The translations under genes and the position numbers were made by a program. The notes under the pieces were generated by a model that was given only the letters and a program-made list of their open reading frames with translations, had not been told where the DNA came from and did no database searches. Shown here piece by piece: positions 51,830 through 59,697 of a stretch of 59,697 nt of DNA. Each line of letters opens with the position of its first letter. Within the stretch, counting starts at the first letter, position 1. The DNA is from Octopus bimaculoides (taxonomy: Eukaryota): the NCBI RefSeq assembly GCF_001194135.2, contig NC_069002.1, positions 34,962,907 to 35,022,603 on the forward strand. The letters run 5' to 3'.

Positions 51830-53914
51830 TGTGTGTGCGTGCTTGCGTGCGTATGTGTTTCTTTCATCGACACCAACCCGATCACCAAGAGAAACATGAC
51901 AATATAGTAAGAAGTAGATAAACAAATCCAGTTCAAATAGAATCATGAAATGTGGTATCCTCGTGCATTTTAAAAGTTGAATGACATGTTCTTGATCTTA
52001 GGCCTATGAACACTGACTTTTGACTAACCAGCCACGTCGATACAATTAGCAAGAACAATATGACCAATAAAAACCGACATACCCGCGTAACAAAGATCAC
52101 ATATACCTAAATCAATGCAACCCTCACTATCACCTTAATAACCCACCAACGTTTGAAACCAACTGGCTATAACAGGTGTACGCCACCAAAAATCTGTGTA
52201 CATTAGTGCGTGTCTCTGTGAATGAGTATGTGTGAGTGAGTGTGTGCACGAGTGTTTGTGTGTTTTTGTTTGTGTATGTTCGCGCGTGTGAGTGTATCTA
52301 TGCCCGGAGTGAAACAGGCGGAATTGTCTATAAAACCTGGTGACCCTTCAAGTAACAGTAATGTTATAGTGGTTTTTCATTACGTTTCCGTCTCATTTTC
52401 ATTATTACATCCATAGGAATCAGATTATTTTCCGCTCAGGCAAAGCAAATCTTTCCTAACCCGATTCTTATTACTACATCATTTTTGTGGATAATTTATC
52501 GCTACTGCTGTTGGTTTTGCCTTCAGTTTAAGATATCTGGAAAGAAGCTATGTAGTAGACGTGAAGGCAGTAGTCCGAATCGAAACCGCAGAGGAATTAC
52601 ACTGGATATTAAACTTCATGAATTTTTCCACCTTTAATGGAGGCCAAGCTAACACAATCCATATGTACATCCATTTGTTTAGTCCATTTGAATATATATA
52701 TATTTGAATATNNNNNNNNNNNNNNNNNNNNNNNNNNNNNNNNNNNNNNNNNNNNNNNNNNNNNNNNNNNNNNNNNNNNNNNNNNNNNNNNNNNNNNNNN
52801 NNNNNNNNNNNNNNNNNNNNNNNNNNNNNNNNNNNNNNNNNNNNNNNNNNNNNNNNNNNNNNNNNNNNNNNNNNNNNNNNNNNNNNNNNNNNNNNNNNNN
52901 NNNNNNNNNNNNNNNNNNNNNNNNNNNNNNNNNNNNNNNNNNNNNNNNNNNNNNNNNNNNNNNNNNNNNNNNNNNNNNNNNNNNNNNNNNNNNNNNNNNN
53001 NNNNNNNNNNNNNNNNNNNNNNNNNNNNNNNNNNNNNNNNNNNNNNNNNNNNNNNNNNNNNNNNNNNNNNNNNNNNNNNNNNNNNNNNNNNNNNNNNNNN
53101 NNNNNNNNNNNNNNNNNNNNNNNNNNNNNNNNNNNNNNNNNNNNNNNNNNNNNNNNNNNNNNNNNNNNNNNNNNNNNATATATATTGTGCGTGTTTTACC
53201 TTTTCATTACGATAACCAATGTTCACTCACTCATTTTCGTTTCCAAGCTATTGTTTGTCATTTGAAGAAAGAAATTTGATGGGGGTCCCTATTTCTTGCG
53301 CATCATACTTCTAGATGCACGATTACAGTTTGGCACGTTCTATGAAACCTTTCACAAGGAAGATAATGTGCTCGTATTGTGGAATTGTAGATACTCTTGT
53401 ATACTTGAATATGACATGAATGGACTAATATTTTGGTTGACCACATGTTTTGTATACAGCCTATAGTTACTGATGTATGGCATTATTTTATATTATAATT
53501 GAAGAAATGCGATTAGGATTTACTGAAGCTGAAGTAATACGAGTTTCTTTCTGTTTTTATATACGTAATTGTTGTTTATAAAAATGTCTTGTCATTATTG
53601 GTGCTGATGTTATTGTCATTGTGATTATATTTTGCAGCTATTGTTATCTACGAATCAGCTGTTCTTGTAGCAGTTCTTCCTGTTTTGTTAATTATTCGGT
53701 ATATATGTGTTCACCTATGTGTAATCGTTTCTGTATACGTGTGTGTGCTTTCTTATTATATGCTTTGGACAGTATTTTTTTTTATATATATATTAAATGG
53801 TTTTGCGGGGAATTTATGTTTTGGTGAATTATTATTATTATTAATATCATTTTTTATTAATAATGTTGGTGTTTGTAGGGTGATGGTGTTTGTGGTTTGT
53901 TATTGGTATCATTA

Positions 53915-54260
53915 TTATTATTATTATTAATACTATTATTATCAGTAGTAGTAGGAGGAGGAGAGGTGAAGGAGGCGTGGTAGTAGGGGTGGTGGTGGTG
54001 GAGTAAGATACATTACCGTTGGAATTAATGGGAATTTAGTGATTTAGACGTTATATTTATTTTTAGTGGTGGTGGTGGTGATGGTGGTGGTTCCACGGCT
54101 ATGGTTGTTATTTGTGTTATTATTGTGTTAGTCTTACACTTTTTCAGCTTTCTTTCATTGGCCATTAATGTTTTGAAGACATTATTATTATTACTATCAA
54201 TATTATTATTATTATTATTAGTAGTAGTAGTACAAGCAGCAGCAGTAGCAACAGCAGCAT
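53915..54260. repeat. Trinucleotide repeat field (TAT, TAG, GGT, GAG, CAG)
   Basis: Directly visible. Confidence 0.85.
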
Positions 54261-54589
54261 CAAGAGTATTAATGTTGATGGCTGTTCATTCTGTTGTTTG
54301 TGTGATATTTTTATTAAAAATAGTATAGATTTTTACGACCCAGACTTTACACCTCCCCTATGTAATTTACTACATATTTCGCTAATCCTCTGCAACAGTC
54401 ACTACCTTAGTCTATCTACCACATTTTACCCTCCCCCATTTTTTTTTATTCTCACTTGCAGTTTCATCTTCCTTTTACCCTTCCTCAGCTTCCAACAGAC
54501 AAAGAAAAATATAGGTGAAAATTGCAGACTATATATATACAAAATATACAAATGAAATTGAACAATAATATAATGTTTTGTTTCGATAT

Positions 54590-54877
54590 ACATACATAAA
54601 TAGGTGTGTGTCTGTGTGTGCGCGCGTGTGCGTGCGTGTATGTGTTTGTGTATGTTTGTATGTATGTGCATGTGTGTATGTGTATGTATGTATGCATGTG
54701 TATATGTATGTATGCATATGTATATGTATGTATGCATATGTGTATGTATGTATGCATATGTATGTGTATGTATGCATATGTATGTGTTTGTATGTATATG
54801 CATGCATGTATGTATATTAATGTATATATATATATATCTGTGTGTGTGTATTTATGTATGTATGTGTGTATATATGA

Positions 54878-54911
<34 letters not shown>

Positions 54912-54990
54912 ATATACATGTGTGTATACGTATGCTGGCGTGTGTGTATTTGTGTGCCTGTATACGTACAGATACATATATGTTTATGTA
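54590..54990. repeat. Compound (TG)/(TATG)/(TATGCATATG)/(TA) simple repeat
   Basis: Directly visible; source of CVCMY/HTYI ORFs. Confidence 0.92.
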
Positions 54991-56274
54991 TGCATATTGA
55001 TATGATATACACACGTATTTATGTGTGTGTCCAGTGTAAATAGATAACTCACAGTAAATTACAAAGACAACAAACACAGCCAAACAAAAGTATGGAAATT
55101 TCATCCTACCAGCGTTATAACTAAATCTAACATCACAATAGGCAAAAATTGCTGATATGAAAAATAAGACTGCAGATATTGATGTGGTCTAGTTCTCACA
55201 TTGTTCTCTCATTCAGAATAACAGAAAACGTGTTCACATCTCTGTGTGTGCCATGTCTCATTTACGTCATATATCTGCCATTGTTATCGAGGAAAAAAAC
55301 CTGATTTCCCTCTAATTCAATTCAATTCACACTGATCAGGTTAGACCATTATGTGGTTTGTGTTTGCTAGTCTACTCCCTTTGTCTCGCTTTTATATCCC
55401 AATCTTTCTCTCTCTCTTTCTTTCTCTCTCTCGCTCTCTCTCATTTTATCGTACTCCACATCTTGTCTCCTCCACCTATCTCTACCTGTATGTCTTTGGT
55501 TTTGTGTCTACGTTGTTTTGACTATTTAGGGTGCTGTATACCTGTGTACGTTTTATGTATGCATGTGTGTAGAGGGTTTGTGTATGCAAGCTTTCTAACT
55601 ATTTATGAGATTTATTACATTGAACAGGCATTTAGGTTTGGTTAGATTAGATTAGATGTCCTTGTGGCTGGTTTTGTTATCGGTGGTTTTGGTGATGGCG
55701 TTAATATTAGTGCTATTATTATTATTGTTTAAATTTCCAGTAAAGCAGTTGGTGATATTGACTGTGGATGGAGTAACATTTTTAGTAATGAGATCGAGTT
55801 TTATCTAGAACACAATTTCTTATTGTTCTGCTGTTCTATTGTTGATGTTGTTCTTATTGTTAAGAATGATGCTGCTTATTCTATTGTCATTGCTGTATTT
55901 TTAATAATAAACAGTTCACACTGTGTTAGAGTAGATTTTAACAATAACATGACGGTTTATCTAGAAAAAATATTTGATGCTGTTGTCATTTTTGCTGTAG
56001 TCTGTCGCACCATGTAAACACTGTCAGATGACATAAAAGGATTTGTAGTTGTGACTAATACCACATCCGTACATTTAGAGGAATATTGAACTGAATTATG
56101 TGAAGTGTTTTTGGTGATCCTATTACAGGTATAGGATATGATTTAATGGAGACGTGAGCTGTTATTTGTAGTCAGTCTGGCTATCGTAATGAAGCGCTCT
56201 GGTTGGTGCCATCACCAATGAATGTACGTACCATTTCATCATGAGTTATACTAAAGAAATCTGTTTCCTCAGCA

Positions 56275-56314
<40 letters not shown>

Positions 56315-56359
56315 NNNNNNNNNNTGTATTGATAGATATATAGTCACCAGAGAGGCTGA

Positions 56360-56460
56360 GTCGGGCTCAATTCCACAGTATTACACATTGGGCAGCAGTT
56401 TTGTTTTACTATAGTCTCGGGTCGAGCAAGGCCTTGTGATTCGATTTGGTAAACGGTCAT
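56360..56460 (+). mobile_element. Diverged SINE family B fragment
   Basis: ttactatagtctcgggtcgagcaaggccttgtgattcgatttggtaaacgg. Confidence 0.65.
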
Positions 56461-56924
56461 ATATATGTCCATTTTTTTTTCGTTGTTCAAAAAAAAGGTC
56501 GTTTTCTGTTTTCGTTTCTCATTCTGTTTAACGGGGTTTTTTTGTGATGTCCTGTACCCATATATGTATGTATGTATACATATAGATGTAGGTATGTACA
56601 TATATGTATGGATACATGCATGCATTTATATACTATTTGTATTATTATATGATCGAACGCCACGCAGCTTTGTCCAAATAAGTATACATATGTACATATA
56701 GTTGAAATTTACAGAAGACAAGAAACGAAATCAGGTGTAGGAAAGCAAGCTGGTGTATAATGTTAACGATAGGGAAGAATGGAAATGTCTTTTACGTTTC
56801 GAACTCATGCTTCTTGACAGAAAGGATTAAGAGGGGAAAAATAGAGAGAGAATGAAAAAAAAAAAGAAACGAGAGAAAATAATGTGCAAGTAATGTCCCA
56901 GTAATATAGCAGTTCAACAAAGAC

Positions 56925-57050
56925 ACAGATTGAACAAGTATGAGGCTTAAGAAAAGGATAAATTCTGGCATCGATTTATTCGTTTGAAAATACTTTAAGG
57001 TGGTGCCCCAGCATGGCCGCAGTCTAATGATTGAAATAAGCCAAATATAA
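56925..57050 (+). mobile_element. SINE 3' tail
   Basis: tcgatttattcg...taaggtggtgccccagcatggccgcagtctaatgattgaaataag, matching 22149-22230. Confidence 0.72.
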
Positions 57051-57448
57051 AATTCTTTTGTTTTTATTCTGTCGGCATTCATGCAGTCCTATTAAATGTT
57101 GTCTCGGATGTCATATTTTGACGTTTATTTCTTGTAGTTTCTATCGAATTATTGTCAATTCAACATGGAGAGACCTTTTTCCGATTGACGAGTCCTCATA
57201 TGAGAATACCTTTCACTCTATATGCGGTTGCTCGTTCGTTTTATGCTCATACAAACAGTACAATATCCGATAAAACTTGGTACAAAATAAAATCATTATG
57301 TACCAAGTCACTGAATGTATTGCGGCGTTGCATCTTCCTGTTTTACAGATGGTAAAGATTCGGGCTGATTGATATCGACTTCTTTGAGTAATTCTTCGCT
57401 TTTCTAACTCCTGCAACATTGTGTGATTTTACATACATACATACATAC

Positions 57449-57509
<61 letters not shown>

Positions 57510-59697
57510 ACATTGTGAAAGGTTATTTACAATACCGTATATGTATGTGTGTGTGTGTGTGTGTATATACATGTATATGATAAAAATGGAACAAGAATGC
57601 AACAGACGACAATAAAACATCCGGACAGATAGACGATGTGACGACAGACAGGAAAAGACAAGGACGGGTCATTCCCAAGTTCCTCTTATCAATACACATA
57701 TTCATACACACACACATAGAGGGAAGTACGTACATTTAATAGTTCTTGATCGAATTGGAACTTGTTCGACATAACATACAGCAAATGAATTATTTTTGTA
57801 TACTGAGACAAAATTATTCGTATTGAAAAAAAAAAAAGGAAACTGAATGATTTGATCGGTAAACAATTCTGAATTCATCGCGGAGTTGTTGATCAAATAT
57901 TTGATATTGTTAGTTCTAGTTCTTTATATTGTGCGTTCAAACACCAATGCAATCAAATTTGTCTTGTATATATCTGCAATCCAGAAAGTAATTATGAATT
58001 CCAGTGATACATGATGTATGCGACCAAAAATCTATACCATGGAGTAAAGCGTTCGTGTATTAAGGCAGAGTCGAATTACCTGATCAGCCGTGAGATTCCG
58101 ATAGGTGACTCACCATGTTGAGCACACTGCCAACATACTCATATTGTCTTCCTGCCCCATTCTAATTAACTAAAAACGTCAAAGCCAAAGAAAAAATACA
58201 CACCACACGCGTAAAATTCCTGTAGCTCTGTAGGCAGGGTTGCCGGCTCATGATATTCTATCATGGGTTTGATCTTTGTACCGGTCGGTGCGTTGTGTTC
58301 TTGAACCAGAGAGTTCTTCACGTTTTACCAATCTACTCGACTTCGATGAATACGAAATGCTTAGCGGCACAACAGTATTCAACTCAAAGTATGTTCCTCA
58401 TTGTGAAAACCCTAGAATTTGAGAGGGGGACGCGGAAAGAGAGTCTATGACTAAACACGAGGACAAAAGCCACTTCAAGAATTAGTAAAAACAAGACACA
58501 TACCAGGAAGATGTATGCGTAAACGATGCGTGTTCTATAGTGTATACATTTTCTCTTAAAGTGCAATGTTTGGCAAAATTTAACAGAAAATACAAAACAT
58601 TTATGAAATCATTGCGATGCTGTTTGATAAATATTACTTGAACCATTGAAAATATAACATGTTGCAAACACCGAAGTATTATGACCATACAAAATGCATT
58701 GTTATTCTGAGATACGTGCAATTGCATTCGTTATGGAAATAATATAAATATTAACCAACTCAGGATATACAATTTTAAAAAGGCGGAGAGATGCACATCT
58801 AATTACTGTCAATTTTGCGAATTCCATAAAATTGTGAGTGGTTATCTCTACTACTCTGCAGACGCTCAGACTTCCGACGCAATTACTCTTCCACGAAGAC
58901 ATGCTATAGAAAAAAGAGAATTTCCAGTTAGAGCATGTAGAAAGAATACGGCCATTTTTCAAATATAGAATATAATGTTAATGCAATCGAAAATCGTCAG
59001 ATATCTCAACCAATCAACTGTGAATCAATAAATCACATGGGCATCCGACGTCCTGTCATATTAAAACAAATATTAACACCTGATCAGGAACAATTTTGCT
59101 GTGATTTCATTTACACCAATTAAATGCGTAGTCATCATGTCATATCGTTAAGATTGCAGCAGATCAATGGATGAGACACGGAAGCAAATGTGTTTAACGC
59201 TGTTCGCAAAAATCAAAAGACGAAAGAAAAAGAAGGAAGTAAAAGAAAATGAAACGAAAGGAAAATAGACAAAAAATATGGCGTATAAAGATAACATTAG
59301 GTATTATATGTAGACATATTTGCGAGATTGAGAATAAGAAAATGTATGCTTAGAGAGGATTACTAAACAAATACACAATCAATATTCACCAGTGGCTATG
59401 TGAGAATGATGTATATAAACACACGTACTCACAGAAGCATGTATTGTATAAACACGCACACATATATATATATATACATATATACATGCATATGTGTGCA
59501 CACAATGCACGCATACAAATGTACTTATATGTAAATATCTAAACATATATACGTTAGAATATATACACAGATATATACTTATATAAACTCTGGCATATAT
59601 GTAGATTTATATTCATATAAACATTAACATGTAAGAATATATATGTGTAAGTGTGCGCGCGTTTCTATCTGAGCGTGCGTTTGCATATATATATATA

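Noticed and set aside
52555-52600. Further hammerhead-like string (gtgaaggc...cgaaaccgcag)
   Set aside because: No CUGANGA and no consistent stems.
15527-53279. Long ORFs of up to 401 aa containing X runs
   Set aside because: They are open only because N-gaps contain no stop codons.
57050-57420. Possible CR1 linker relic (ELEKRRITQRSRYQSAR...)
   Set aside because: Similarity is compositional only.
1-59697. Homeobox, protocadherin, C2H2 zinc-finger exons or conserved miRNAs (let-7, miR-10, miR-124 etc.)
   Set aside because: I looked for WFQNRR, DxNDNxP and CxxC..H..H patterns and recalled mature miRNA sequences and saw none. A by-eye scan can miss short exons, and about 8% of the window is N.

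Overview
Eukaryotic, AT-rich, repeat-saturated non-coding DNA from a gappy draft assembly (about 18 N-gaps, roughly 4.8 kb, most abutting (TA)n or (CA)n tracts). The SINE sequences resemble octopus/coleoid families as I recall them; that taxonomic call is inference, not a search result. I find no supportable host protein-coding exon, rRNA, true tRNA or CRISPR array. Nearly all ORFs in the track are microsatellite or N-gap read-throughs. Recognisable content: about 25 tRNA-derived SINE copies or fragments from 3-4 families; decayed LINEs of five clades (L1/Tx1, RTE x2, HERO-like, CR1/L2, R4/Dong); a dead mariner; a Tc1-type MITE; a possible Penelope remnant; and many simple repeats. The most interesting object is a ~445-bp insert in the Dong LINE (50330-50775). 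It has a Pol III tRNA-like head fused to a tail carrying a minimal Penelope-type hammerhead ribozyme motif, plus an inverted second copy of that tail. It looks like a non-autonomous tRNA-headed, hammerhead-bearing retroelement. Its activity and novelty are untested.
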